A DNA stretch of 64,000 nt from Mobula hypostoma (Eukaryota). Under the pieces are notes generated by a model. The model did no database searches. It was not told the origin of the DNA and was given only the letters and a program-made list of their open reading frames with translations. The stretch lies in assembly GCF_963921235.1 (NCBI RefSeq), contig NC_086097.1, forward strand, positions 245,522,001 through 245,586,000, written 5' to 3'. The first letter of the stretch is position 1; each line of letters opens with the position of its first letter. Below, piece by piece: positions 25,134-38,290 of the stretch. The position numbers were made by a program, and so were the translations under genes.

Positions 25134-26473
25134 TACTTTATGTGCTGCATGTGTGGGTTATATGTACTGTGTTGTGCACGTTGCTCCTGAGGAATGTTGT
25201 TTCGTTGACAATAAACTGAATTTGAGCAATTGCTTGACTTTGTGCAAAGACCACTTGCTTGTCCCGTGAGCTTAAAATATTTGAGCCTGAGCACAAGTAA
25301 ATAAGTGAAATGCTGTGTCGTCTCTCTCGGAGCCGTATCAAATGCAACAAGACTTTGCTGCAGAAAGCAATCCTGAGTTGTGGCTCCCAGTGGACCACTG
25401 TTTTGTATTGTATGCATTCTGCCAGAACTTTTAAGGGCAATTTCGAGAACGGAAGCCTGGAGTTGAGTGAAAAGATGACAAAGCTCAGGATGTCTGAGCC
25501 AGCAATAGGTTTTGTGATCAAGGCCAAGAAGCAAGCAAAGTCGTCTAACAAGTTTTTTCTCTTACGGCTCCCATGAGGGGTAACCTGTCAAACAGCATTT
25601 GGAAAAGAAAGCACTGGGCTTGATGTATTGGTGCAAATCACCTTTCCTGGGATTTAAAACTTCCCGACTTGATCATTTCTTCAGCTTTGAAGATAGCGCC
25701 GTCGAAACAGATGCAAACATCCAAGGAGCTCGAAGAGCATGCTCGTGCTGAACGCAGCTTTCTCCAGGGTGACAGAAAGATAAAGATTTGCTTTACTTAC
25801 CACACGTGCGTCAAACGATCGTTGGCGTCACATCAGATCAGCCAGGATTGCGCTGGGGGGCAGCCCGAAAGTGTCACCACACCTGTGGCACCAACGTTGC
25901 AAACCTACAGCTCATTAACCCTAACCTGCATGTCTTTAGAGTGAGAGAGGAAATGGGAGCACCAGAGGGGAATCCACGGGGGTTGGGGGGGGGACACGTA
26001 CAAACTCTTTACTGACAGTGGGAATTGAACCTCCCCTCTCCCCGGTGTGCGATTGCACTGCCGTTCCGCCTTGTCAGAGCCGGCTCGCCCCTGGAAAGCA
26101 CTGCCTTAGGGACCGATGTCAGGAATTGTTCCGCTTTGAGCCCATCCTCCTTGCCGATGATTTGCAACTCCGTGTCAGGATGAGTGCACTCTTCCTTAAA
26201 GTTCAAAATAAACTAATTATCGAGGTAGTACGTGATGGTATTGGGTTCACTGTCTTCAAAGCTCTAAACACTAAAGGAGATTTTAAGCCCTATCTGATGG
26301 GTATCTATGGGTACCCTCACTACAGGGAGTTTATACTGTATCTACCTACTCTTCAGACTAGCTGGCTTCCCTGCTTGGTCTCAGAGGCGAGGCCCAGCTG
26401 CCAATATTTACTATTTCAAACACAAGAAAGTCTACAGTTGCTGGAAATCCAAAGCAGCACTCAAAGCACTAGA

Positions 26474-26949
26474 GGTATAAGACCAGAAGGCATAGGAGCA
26501 GAATTAGGCCATTCAGCCCGTCAAGTCTGCTCTGCCGTTCCATCATGGCTGATCCCGGATCCCAGTCAACCCCATACACCTGCCTTCTCGCCATATCCTT
26601 TGATGCCCTTACTGATCAGGAAACAATTAAGTTCCGCCTTAAATATACCCACGGACTTGGCCTCCACCGCAATCTGTGGCAGAGCATTCCACAGATTTAC
26701 TACACTCTGGCTAAAAAATTTCCTCCTTACCTCTGTTCTAAAGGGTTGCCCCTCAATTTTGAGGCTGTGCCCTATAATTCTGGATACTCCCACCAGACGA
26801 AACATCCTCTCCACATCCAGCCTATCTAGTCCTTTCAGCATTCGGTAGGTTTTAATGAGATCCGCTGCCCCCAAAAGCATTTTTGTAAATTCCAGTGAAT
26901 ACAGGCCCAAAGCTGACAACTGCTCCTCATATGTTAATCCCTTCATTCC
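26474..26949 (-). mobile_element. CR1 LINE 3' fragment nested in a Penelope-like terminus
   Basis: ORF 26566-26946 (GLTYEEQLSALGLYSLE...FFSQSVVNLWNALP). The Penelope-like terminal motif is split on both sides, with a near-TSD aagcact/aagtact. Confidence 0.8.
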
Positions 26950-27633
26950 AAGTACTCAGCAGGTCAGGCAGCATCTATGGAAAAGTTGACGTTTCAGGCA
27001 GAGACCCTTCTTCAGGACCGAGGAGGAAGGGGGAAGGCACCTGAATAAAAAGGTGAGGGTGGGGAAGAAGGCTGGCTGGAAGGTGATAGGCGCAGCCAGC
27101 TGGGTGGGAAAGGTTAAGGGCTATGGAAGAAGAAGGCACCTGTTAGGAGAGGAGAGCAGACCAGACGAGAAAGGGAAAGAGGAGGGAACGCAGGGGAAAG
27201 TAACTCTCACAAAGGATTTCTGATTTATAAAAGATTTATTAACTACAAAAAGATTTCCAAACACAGGCACAATTCTTACAAACTAAAGGAACATATCAAT
27301 GAGTTTCAGATGAGCAAATCAGGGCTTTTCTCTTTGGAATGAAGAATGATGAGAGGTGACTTGATAGAGGAGTGCAAGATGATAAGAGGTATAGGTTGAA
27401 TGAGAAATTTGGATAGATTTCAACTTTTAAGAGAAATTTGGATAGGTATATGGATGCGAGGGTTATGGAGGGATGTGCAGGTCAATGGGACTATACAGAT
27501 TTACAGTCTGGCATGGACTAGATGAACCAAAGGGCTTGTTTCTGTTCTGTAATGTCCAATGACTCTGTGAGTGAACAACCACAGACTTTGTCCTAGGGTG
27601 GATGAGGCATAACTTTAATGTGATTGGAAGAAA

Positions 27634-27634
<1 letters not shown>

Positions 27635-27688
<54 letters not shown>

Positions 27689-27710
27689 GTGTGTGTGTGT
27701 GTGTGTGTGT
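27635..27710. repeat. (GT)n microsatellite inside a CR1 remnant
   Basis: Direct reading of the sequence. Confidence 0.95.
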
Positions 27711-27829
27711 CGGGGGGGGGCGGTGTCAGAGATAGTTTTTTTTAAACAGAGGATGGTGGCTGTGTGGGACATGATGCCAGGGATGGTGGGAGAGGCAGAT
27801 ACGTTAGGGACACTCAAGACAAAAAGACT

Positions 27830-30520
27830 ATAGGAGATGATGGGCGAAATGGTCTAATTCTGATCCTGAGTCTGCTCTGCCATTCAACCATAGCTGATTT
27901 ATTATCCCTCTCACCCCAATTCTCCTGCCTTCTCCCCATAGCCTTTGAAACCCTTACTAGTCAAGGAACTATCAACCTCCACTTTAAAAATCCCCAATGA
28001 CTTGGCCTCCATGATCATCTATGGCAAGGAACTCCTGGGGGGCTGTGCCCTCTTGTCCAAGACTCCCCCATTATAGGAAACATACTCTCTATGTCACTCT
28101 GTTGAGGTCTTTCAATATTCTATAGGTATCAATAAGATCCCCCTCACACTATTTTTCTAAACTCTTGTGAGTTCAGGCCCAGAGCCATCAAACGCTCCTC
28201 ATACATTAAACTTTTCATTCCCAGAATTATTTTCATGAGCCTTCTCTAGATCCTCTGCAATGGCAGCACATCCTTTTTTAAATAAGGGCTCAAAGCTGGT
28301 CATTATACTCCAAGTGTGGTCTGACCAATGCCTGTAAAACTTCAGCATTATGCCCTTTTATATTCTAGTCCTCTCAAAGTGAATGCAAACATTGCATTTG
28401 CCTTCCTCACCACCAATTCAACCTGCAACTTAGCCTTTAGGAATTCCTGCGTGAGGATTTCCAAGTCCCCTTGCATCTAGACTTTTTGAATTTTCTTCCC
28501 ATTTAGAAAATAGTCTTCACCTTTATTCCTTCTACCAAGGTGAATGACCATACACTACCCTACACTGTATTCCATCTACCACTTCTTTACCCATTCTCCT
28601 TATCTGTCACTGCTTCCTAGATACTACCTGCTCCTCCACTTATCTTCGTATTGTCAGCAAACATGTCAACAAAGCCATCAATTCCATCATCAAAGTCATT
28701 GACATATAACATGAAAAGAAGTGGTCCCAATACGGACCCCTGCAGAATACCACTAATCACTGGCAGTCAACCAGAAAAGGCCCCCTCTATTCCCCCTCTT
28801 TGCCTCCTGCCAGTCAGCCAATCTTCTTTCCTGGTGTACCATGGGCTCTTGTTTAGCAGCCTCATGTGGCACCTTGTCAAAGGCCTTCTGAAAATCCAAG
28901 TAACAAAGATCTACTGACTTTCCTTTGTCTACCCTTTCTATCCTTCCTGTTATTTCCTCAAAGAATTCCAACAGATTTGTCAAGTAAGGTTTCCCTTTAA
29001 GGAAACTATGCTGACCTTGGTCTATTTTATCACATGCCCCCAAGTACCCCAAAACCTCGGTGTTAGTAATGGATCCAACATATTCCCAAACGCTGTTTAG
29101 TCTAAATGGCCTATAATTTCCTTTCTTCGGACTCTCTACTTCTTAAAGAGTAGAGTGACATTTGTAATTTTCCAGTCCTCTAGAACCATTCCAGAATCTA
29201 GTGATTCTTGAAAGATCGTTAATAATGCCTCCATGATCTCTTCAGCCACCTCCTTCAGAATTCTGGAGTGTAGTCCATCTGGTCCAGGTGACTTATCTAC
29301 CTTCAGACCTGTCAGCTTCCCAAGAACCTTCTCCTTAGTAATAGCAATTGTAGTCACTTCTGACCCCTGATACTCTCGAATTTCTGGCATACTGCTGGTC
29401 TATTCCATGGTGAAGACTGATCCAAAATACCCACTTAGTCATCTACCCATTTCTTTGTCCCCCATTGCTACCTTTATAGCAGTCTGATATTCACTCTCAC
29501 CTCTCTTTTATTCTTAATATATCTGAAAAAATCCTTTTGTATCCTCTTTTATATTATTGACTAACTTAACTTCATAGTTCATCTTTTCTCTCTTTATTGC
29601 TTTATTCATTGCCTTCTTTTGGTTTTTAAAAGCTTCCCACTTCCCTATCTTCCCACTAATTTTGTGATAGTCATAGTCATATTCATAGTCATAGTTATAC
29701 TTTATTGATCCCGGGGGAAATTGGTTTTCATTACAGTTGCACCATACATAATTAAATAGTAATAAAACCATAAATAGTTAAATAGTAATATGTAAATTAT
29801 GCCAGGAAATAAGTCCAGGACCAGCCTATTCACTCAGGGTGTCTGACCGTCCAAGGGAGGGGTTGTAAAGTTTGATGGCCACAGGCAGGAATGACTTCCT
29901 ATGACGCTCTGTGTTGCATCTCGGTGGAATGGTCTCTAGCTGAATGTACTCCTGTGCCCAACCAGTACATTATGTAGTGGATGGGAGATATTGTCCAAGA
30001 TGGCATGCAACTTGGACAGCATCCTCTTTTCAGACACCACCATCAAATGCCCTCTTTTTTGCTTTTATACTGTCTTTGATTTCCCTTGTCATCCACAGTT
30101 GCCTCATCCTCCCTTTAGAATGCTTCTACTTCTTCTTTGGAATGAATCTATCCTGCACCTTCCAAATTGCTCCCTGAAACTTAGCCATTAGCTGCTCTAC
30201 TATCATTGCTGCTAGTGCCCCCTTCCAATCAACTTTAGCCAGCTCCTCTCTCATACCATAATAATTCCCCTTACTCCACTGTAATACTGATAATTCTGAT
30301 TTTTTCTTCTCCTTCTCAAACTGCAGGGTGAATTCTATCATATTATGATCAACTGGCTCCTAATAGTTCCCTTACCTTAGGCTCCCTAATCAAAACAAAA
30401 TTACCTTTCCCCCATTGGGCTCAACCACAAGCTGCTCTGAAAAGCAACTTGAAAGCATGATACAAATTCCTTCTTTTCGATCCAGCACTAACCTGCTTTT
30501 CCCAATCTACCTGCAACTTG
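27830..30520 (-). mobile_element. Degraded CR1 ORF2 segment, interrupted by a Rex1-type 3' fragment (about 29667-30042)
   Basis: Minus-strand motifs KSPGPDGLHSRILKEVAEEI, QHSFLKGKPYLTNLLEFFEE and YLDFQKAFDKVPH. The internal insert ends in a (GACTAT)n tail on the minus strand. Confidence 0.85.
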
Positions 30521-30612
30521 AAATTACCAAAAGAGACTCCTAGAAAGATATGTGAATGACAGAAAAACCTTAAGCCTCTGCCCTCTAGTTTTTAGTTCCC
30601 CTTCCCTGGAAA

Positions 30613-30927
30613 GGGAAGTGTGGGCACGTGGCCAAGTGGTTAAGGCATTCAACTAGTGATCTGAAGGTCATGAGTTCGAGCCCCAGCCGAGGCAACGTGT
30701 TGTGTCTTTGAGCAAGGCACTTAAACACACAGTGCTGTGCGATGACATTGGTGCCAAGCTGTATGGGTCCTAATGCCCTTCCCTTGGACAACATCAGTGT
30801 CGTGGAGAGGGGAGACTTGCAGCATGGGCAACTGCCTGTCTTCCATATGACCTTTCCCAGGCCTGTGCCCTGGAGAGTGAAGACTTTCCAGGCGCAGATC
30901 CATGGTCTCGCAAGACTAACGGATGCC
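30613..30927 (+). mobile_element. tRNA-headed SINE, same family as 24829, inserted in a CR1 remnant
   Basis: Near-identical to 24829-25133. The direct repeat TCCCTGGAAA lies on both sides (about 30603-30612 and 30928-30937). Confidence 0.85.
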
Positions 30928-33900
30928 TCCCTGGAAAATAGACTATATGTGTTCACCCTATCTGCACCCCTCCTGATTTTTTGCACCTGTATAAAGTCAT
31001 CCATTCCCTTAATATTGTCTATGACCACTCTGTCAGACTAAGTCCTGACTCACCTGTTCAGATGAGATCTCAGACCTTCCAAAGATGGATTGATGTAATG
31101 AAATTATTTCGGATATATAGAGATTACTTATTAGGAAGTTGTTCTTTTATCTGATTTGCAGTTTTAAAATATTTGAGGAAAGTGGTTTAATCATCTTTAT
31201 TCACTTAATTCTGGGTTTGTTTTTAATGAGTTTATTTACAAAATACCAGTAAAATATATGAAGGGACGTGTCCCTTCAAAAGTTCAAAGATTCAAAGAAA
31301 ACTATTCTTCTTAACTGTACGGTTGACTTGTCTAATTGGTTGATTTGGATATTTCACAAACAAAATTGAATATAAGTGTTGGAGATTGTTTTGATTATAG
31401 TTAGCTGAATTGAAATAACTATTTTATTTTTGCCTCCCCAGTCCAAGAAAAAGAAACACTGCTTTGCAGTGGGGGAAACATTAACCTTTATCTGGATTAA
31501 TTATAGCCACTAATATATATTAATATATTCATGAATTTAAAGTTTAATTTGCAGTTTTAAAGAAATTGTGGCACCTAAGCATTATACCTACGACAGTTCT
31601 GGCCGGTTAATTGTAGCTGTATATTGTTATACCATATTTCTGCTATGACAGACAGCGAGAAGTACTATCTTATTTTTGGCTTACTATAAGTCCCTGTTGC
31701 TGGATGGAGTTTTGAGGCTGGAAGTTATATTTGTGCTGGCTATTATTTTTATCAAAGGTCCATTTTTGTGCTGTAACACATAATCACTGAGTGAAGCCCC
31801 AAAACCCTGCAAGAAGCTCAAATGTATCAGCCATGGACCAAAATATTTTTCTTGTCACGGTCACACAGCAATTGTAAAATATCCTGAGCTGCCTGCAGGC
31901 TCAGTATTATCTGTCTGTCTATTTCACAAACAAGAGAAAATGCTGGAAATTCGAGCAACACACACAAAATGCTGGAGGAACTCAGCAGGCTGAGCAGCAT
32001 CTATCGAAAAAAGCACAGTTGACATTTTGGGCCGAGAGCCTACCTATTTATTTATATTTTCACAGTTTATCTTATTTTGCACGTTGACTGTCAGTGTTTT
32101 TCAGAAAGCTGTAGTGTAGTGGCTAGTGTAACACCAGCGACCTGGGTTCAATTCCCACAGCTGTCTGTAAGGGGTTTGTGCATTCTCCCCAAGGCCATGT
32201 GCTGCAGTTTCCTCCCACATTCCAAAGACGTACGGGGCAGCAGACTAATTGGTCGCATGAGTGTAAAAGGATGGTGCAGGCTCATTGAAGAAACTGTCAT
32301 CATGCTGTATTTCTAAACTAATACATTTATATTGCACTTCTTTATTTTCCTGTAATTGACTGCAAGAAAATGATTCTCAAGGTAGTATATGGTAACATAC
32401 ATGTAGTTTAATAATAAATTTACTTTGAACTTTGACTTTCACAATCTTTTCAGCGTAAGGTTGGACCTGAGGTATTTAGCATCCCTGTCAAATTTACTTG
32501 CTTCTTCACCTTTATTTAAGTTCAGGAGTTCCACTGAATCAAATGTCGGCACTTCTGGGAAACTGTTTGATCATTAAATACTTTGCATTAGCTCATGAAT
32601 AGTTACTAATCTAAACTCCAAACACACTTAGCGCCAATTGTTATTTTCATTCGTAATTGAGTAGTGCTAATAGATAAGACATGAGGATACCTGTGCTGTT
32701 ATTGAGAGAACCACGTTGAAATACCAGATAGAGAGTGCGGGCTCTGATCAGGGAGGCTGTGTGCACCATTACTTTATTTTCAAATCCTTCTGTGACACTG
32801 CAGGGGGAGAAAGGACTTTGAAACTTGAAAGACTAGAGTTTGCTTTCAACCTCAAAAGCGAGGAGGCAAGGGCTCTGAAATTTGCTCAGTACTCCCAATT
32901 CACCATTAGCCCATTTCATCCTTTAGCCTGGAGGCATTCTGCACTATTTGAAAAGACGTTAAGAAATTCAATCACAATAGAAGGCCCGAGTTTTGAACTT
33001 GTTTCAGTCGGTGCATTGTGGTTTGGTCTTCAGGCTTTGTGTGGGGTGAATTGAACTGAGCAACCATTGGAAAGTGAAGAGAGAATAAAAGGTGAATGAA
33101 CTGCCTATGTGCACAAATCTTGGCAGAGCAAAGCCTGCCTTTCCTTGATCTTTGCATATGCAATGTATTGGAGCTTGCTTGTCGAGTACAGCCCTTGCTA
33201 AAGTCAATACAGAGCGCTTGGTTTAATGCACACTTCTTGTTGAGTTTGTCCTGTGATTGAAACCACTGTTGACCCTTTCTTGGGGGACCATTTGTAAAAC
33301 CATTTATTTCACATAAACTGATATAATAAAGCTTTTTTTCCCCTGTTCGGCTGATTGTGATGGTGTGACATTAGTTTGATTTAATGATTAGCCATCTGAC
33401 CTCTAAGCTCCGCAGAGCTGCTTAAAGAGAGAACGAGTTCACTAGGAGGCACACTGGTCGAATACTAATGAGCAGGTTAGATTTAGCGTGGCACCAATCA
33501 GTTTTTTTTCCGCTGAATGACTCTAATGGGAGAGGCTTTGTATGAGAGAGAGATTACAGAGGATTGCCCCCACGCCAGATATTTTCAAACGAGATCAACT
33601 GGCTCTGATTAATGCATGTTTTTCTTTGTACTGAGCTAGAAGTAAATTCAATATTACGGTAATATACCTGAGGCAGACTTTGTATGGCAATTTGGCACCG
33701 TAACGTAATGGCAGAAATGAGGACCCGGAACCACACCTGGGCAGAATAGGGAAGATGGCCAAGGACAGACAGAGATGGAGGACCTTCAATGCTGTTCTAA
33801 GCACCAGCGGCATAGCAGGCATTTGATGATGATGCTGATGACGAGAGCTGTACTATTGCAAACCTGTGCTGTTGAGGTGTGGTAGTATAGCAGTTAGTGC

Positions 33901-34169
33901 AATGGCTTTATAGCACCAGCAATCACTGACCGGGGTTCGATTCCCACCCCTCCCTGTAAGGAGTGAGTACGTTCTCTCTAACCACGTGACATTCTCTTCA
34001 AAGCTCCGGTTTCCACCCACATTCCGAAGATGTATGGGTTAGGGTTAGTGAGTTGAGGGCAGCCTACATTGGCGCTGGAGTTGTGCCAATACTTGTGGGC
34101 TGCCCCCAGCGCAATGCTCGATTTGATTTGACACAGAAAACAGATTGCACAGTATGTTTTGATGTAGAG

Positions 34170-34552
34170 CACTGAGCAAAAGTCCTAGGCACATAACACT
34201 TTTGCTTGGTACTGTATTTGTCAACGTGGAGCAGAAGCACGCTTGTAAATCTAGTGGGAGCAAAGGGTTTTGTGGATGGCGAAGGTGGAGCACCGTGGAA
34301 GGGGTGTGGGATAGATGGCAGAGAAGGAGTGCTAAGGGTGGGGGGGGGGTGAGTGGGGAGGGGTGGCAAAGGTGCAGACACACGAGACACCAGTCAAGGT
34401 CATTTGATTCCAAACAATTGGTTTATTGATCATTGCAAAATGTCTCTCTGGTGCTTCCTGCTCCCTCCCTTCTCCCTTCCCCCTTCCCCAGATATGACCA
34501 GAGGTCTTAGGCACATATGTAAAGCTAGGATGCCTAAGACTTTTGCGCATTG
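34170..34552. mobile_element. Non-autonomous Tc1/mariner-like element (second copy about 35975-36260)
   Basis: TIR-like ctg(a/t)gcaaaagtc(c/t)taggcac ... tgcctaagacttttgc; the internal body is shared with 36040-36260. Confidence 0.6.
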
Positions 34553-37552
34553 CTTATTGTTCATGTGACAAATAAAGCTAATCTTTTAAATGAAATTCAA
34601 AGCAGTTTGTAGCAAGAATAAAAAAGTGCGCCGTTTGAATCTGAGTTGTTATCACTGAAATAAGCTGTGAAATTTGTTGTTTTGCAGCAGTATACAGTGT
34701 AATACATAAAAACTATAAATTACAGTAAGAAATATATATATATAATTTAAATTAGATAAGTAGTGCAAAAAGAGAGCGAAATACCAAGGTAGTGTAGGTG
34801 CACTGGTTCAATGATTATTAAGTCTGAGAAATAAATACATTTTCAATTCTTTATTTAGCTGATTGAGTTTACTATGTTTATGCAACTTATCTTTTATTGA
34901 TTTTTACTTATTTAGAGATACAGCATGGAGTGGTCCCTTCCGACCCAACAAGCCACGTATTTAATCCTAGCTTCATCACAGGACAATCTACAATGACCAA
35001 TTAACCTACTGACTAGTAGATCTTTGGACTGTGGGAGGAAACTGGAGCACCCGGAGGAAACCCACGTGGTCACGGGCAAGACGTGCAAACTTCTTACAGA
35101 GGGCGCCAGAATTGAACTCTGAGCTCCGATGTCCCGAGCTGTAAAAGTGTCGTGTGAGCTACTATGATGCCCCAGTAGTATCATTCCTGCTGATATTCAG
35201 CAAGCTGACAAACTGCACTTGAAGGTTTTATGTGTTTTGGCTTATATTTTGCAGAAGTGTTGTTCCTTTGACTTACTCAGTGACTGCACCCCTGAAGCCC
35301 TGCAACCACACTTGTTGCCGTGGTTTATCGTGTGTATCACTTGCAAAGCTGGCTTTCAGCAGTCGAGCAGTATTTGTTCCCAAGTGCGCAGAATCAATTT
35401 GGCTCAACTGATGACGATGATTGGTCTCTATTCTTGTGCTCATCAGTTTTAACTTTGTCAGGAAGACAACTGTCTCCTGCACAAGATAACTGTGTACGTC
35501 CTTTTTGAACTTTGTTCATCTGAGAGTGAAGCTTCAAGACCCTCGCAAAGGGACCTTTTTGTTTTAGCTTTCTTAAAGGAAAGAGGGAATAATAAATGAT
35601 TCATTGACAGCATTTGGTCAAGGATTAAGGATCAAATTTATTCACCATATCCTTACTTACTGGTGTTTAGGGCAACAGTGAAGTTCCTCCATCACTGTCT
35701 GCCCTTGGCCACTCTGATTCTTCATTACTGTCTCTGTAACAGGTTTGTTCTACTAGTCAGGGTTGTTAACCTTGAGCTGAACCCTGGAACCCGAGGGACC
35801 GGTGGACCACTCTTAGTCTGGCCTCTACCCTTTGACCTGTTTGACATGGGTGACCCTACCAAGACCCAAAGCATAAAGCGCTGACTCCAACCAGCCTAGC
35901 TCTCTGGGTCATTCAGGCATACAAGCCTCCAAACCGTGACAAGTTTGTGGTCCTCTTCAAGGTCACCATTTACACTACTGTGCAAAAATCTTAGGCACAA
36001 ATACAGTATACAGCTAGGGTGCCTCAGACTTCTGTATAGTCCTGTATTTGTCAACAAGGAGTAGACAGCGAGTTTGTAGATTTGGCGGGAGCAAAGGATG
36101 TTGGAAATGGTGAAGGTGGAGTGCCGCGGGAGGGGTGTGGGTGAGATGGCAAAGAAGGAGTGTCACAGAGCAGATGTTGGCAGGGCTACGGTCTCACCTA
36201 GACCTGAGATACTAGGCAACGTCATCTGATTTCAATCAATTGGTTTATTGATCACTACAGAACATTAGTGAGTAGAGCGGTGGGCCTAGCACGCAGCCTT
36301 GTGGTGCACCTGTGTAGGTCAGACCGAGTCAGGGATGCAGATCTCCATTCCTGTCGGACAGTAGAGGTCTGGCCATGCTCCCGGCGTCAACATAGCATGA
36401 GCACAGCTTACTGACCCTAACTCTGACTTGGAATGTGGAAGGAAATGGGGCCATCCGGATGAACCCCACGTGACCATGGGGGGGAACGTACAAACGCCTT
36501 ACAGACAGTGGTGGGAATTGAACCACAGTCGCTGATCACTGGTGCTGCAAGGTGTCACACTATCCACTCTGCTACCGTGCTGCACAGGTCTTAATTTTAC
36601 ACTACGTCTTAAATCCTGAAGCTCTGTACATTGAGACGGAAACCCGAAATCCACGAACCCTAAACCCTAAATTTATTTATGAACTTTGAGAAGAGAGTTT
36701 AGATTTTCTAAAGGATCGACGAAGTATCTGTTCAGCAATGACTTATTTGCAGTACAGGCAGAGCATAGAGTGTGTATTGTTCCTGCTTACTACAGAGTTG
36801 AATGATGGTTAAATTTCAGTGTGGAAGTTAATATGTGTTCTTGTAACGTCACCCACAAAATGCACGAGGAACTCAGCAGGCCAGGTAGCATCTATGGAGG
36901 GGAATGAACAATCAACATTTTGGGCTGAGATCCTTCATCAGGACTGGAAAGGAAGGGGAAAGAAGCTAGAATGAGATTCACTCTTCCTTTCCAGTCCCAA
37001 TGAAGGGTGTCAGACTGTAGCATAGTGGCTAGCTCAACACCTTACAGTACAGGTGACCCCGATTTAATTCCCGCCGCTGCCTGTAACTCTCCCTGTGACT
37101 GTGTGGGTTTCCTCCAGGTGCTCCGGTTTCCTCCCACAGTCCAAAGACATACCAATTGGTAAGTCAATTAGTCATTGTAAATTTTCTCTTGATTAGGCTG
37201 GGATTAAATTGGGGGAAAGGCTCGAAGGGCCTATTCTGTATTGTATGTCAATAAATTAATAAAATGAATTAATTTTAAAAAGTCGACTGTTTATCCCTCG
37301 CTATAGCTGCCGCCTAGCCTGCTGAATTCCCCCAGCTTTTTGTGTGTGTGCGTCTGCACGTGTGTGCGTCTGCATGTGTGTGGGTGTTGCTCTGAACTTC
37401 CAGTATGTGCAGAATCCCTTGTGTTTATACAACATCACAATCTTAGCAACAGCAAGATTAAAATTTGTTCTTCTCGTGTCAGGTGAACAGGAACTGTTCT
37501 GCACTGATGTAGTGATTCTGGTTCTGATTTGTGGAGTGTGTTCTTCTTTCAG

Positions 37553-37795
37553 ATGAGGAAAGTCCTGGCATGTACCACAGAGAACGGAGAAACGCAATGG
37601 CAATGCAGCCTCACACCGGCGGGCAGAGTCTCAACAAAATCAGTGAAGAGCCTTCAACCTCCAGTGAAGACAGGGCTTCTCTAATAAAGAAGGAAATTCA
37701 TGGCTCTTTGTCACACATACCCGAGCCCTCCATCCCATACCGCGGGGCGCTGTTTACAATGGATCCAAGAAACGGCTATATGGACCCACACTACC
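37553..37795 (+). CDS. GLI3: GLI3 (GLI family zinc finger 3) internal coding exon, equivalent to human exon 3
   Basis: Translates (x)[81 protein letters not shown], closely matching the vertebrate GLI3 N-terminus as recalled ([21 protein letters not shown]...[23 protein letters not shown]...[12 protein letters not shown]). Polypyrimidine acceptor ttcttctttcAG ends at 37552 and donor GTAAGT starts at 37796. The exon is 243 bp with phase 1/1. Confidence 0.96.
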
Positions 37796-37911
37796 GTAAG
37801 TATGGTCTCAATATAAACGACCAAAGATGCTTTGATGCATTTTGCATAAAGATGTTTTGACAATGCATGTTAAATTTCTGAGGGACAGTTAGTATAATAT
37901 ACTGTATATAG

Positions 37912-38290
37912 GGTGGCAGTGTGAAGGTACGTCTCTACCAGAGGAGGTGTAAGACGCTCCTTGCCTCCACTAAGCTGCAGGTCAGCCTTGGGCAAGGTGT
38001 AGCACCGGCTCAGCCCTCCGATTCAGTGTCACGTGAATCCACAGGACCACATGATGGAGGGTCGTATGGGCAAGCTGGTGCATATCGCAAGTCCTGGTTA
38101 TGTAACCACTGACGTCAGGCAGACAATCTCTGAAGAGTATAGGTAATGGCTGGGGGTCACCCGTCTTGTAAAGACACTGTCCTGAAGAAGGCAATGGCAA
38201 ACCACTTCTGTAAAAAAAACTTGCCAAGAGCAATCATGGTCAAAGACCACGATCGCCCATGTCATACGACATGGCACATAGTGGTGCTGA
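37912..38290 (+). mobile_element. SINE with RTE/BovB-like tail (second copy about 51090-51470)
   Basis: Two colinear copies. The 3' motif gaaggcaatggcaaaccacttctg resembles RTE-partnered SINE tails. Confidence 0.6.

Noticed and set aside
26018..26848. 276-aa + strand ORF
   Set aside because: It is a read-through across SINE, Penelope-like and antisense CR1 pieces, with no protein family signature.
37531..37860. Full 109-aa ORF as a single-exon gene
   Set aside because: GLI3 similarity is confined to 37553-37795 between canonical splice sites; the flanking codons are intronic.
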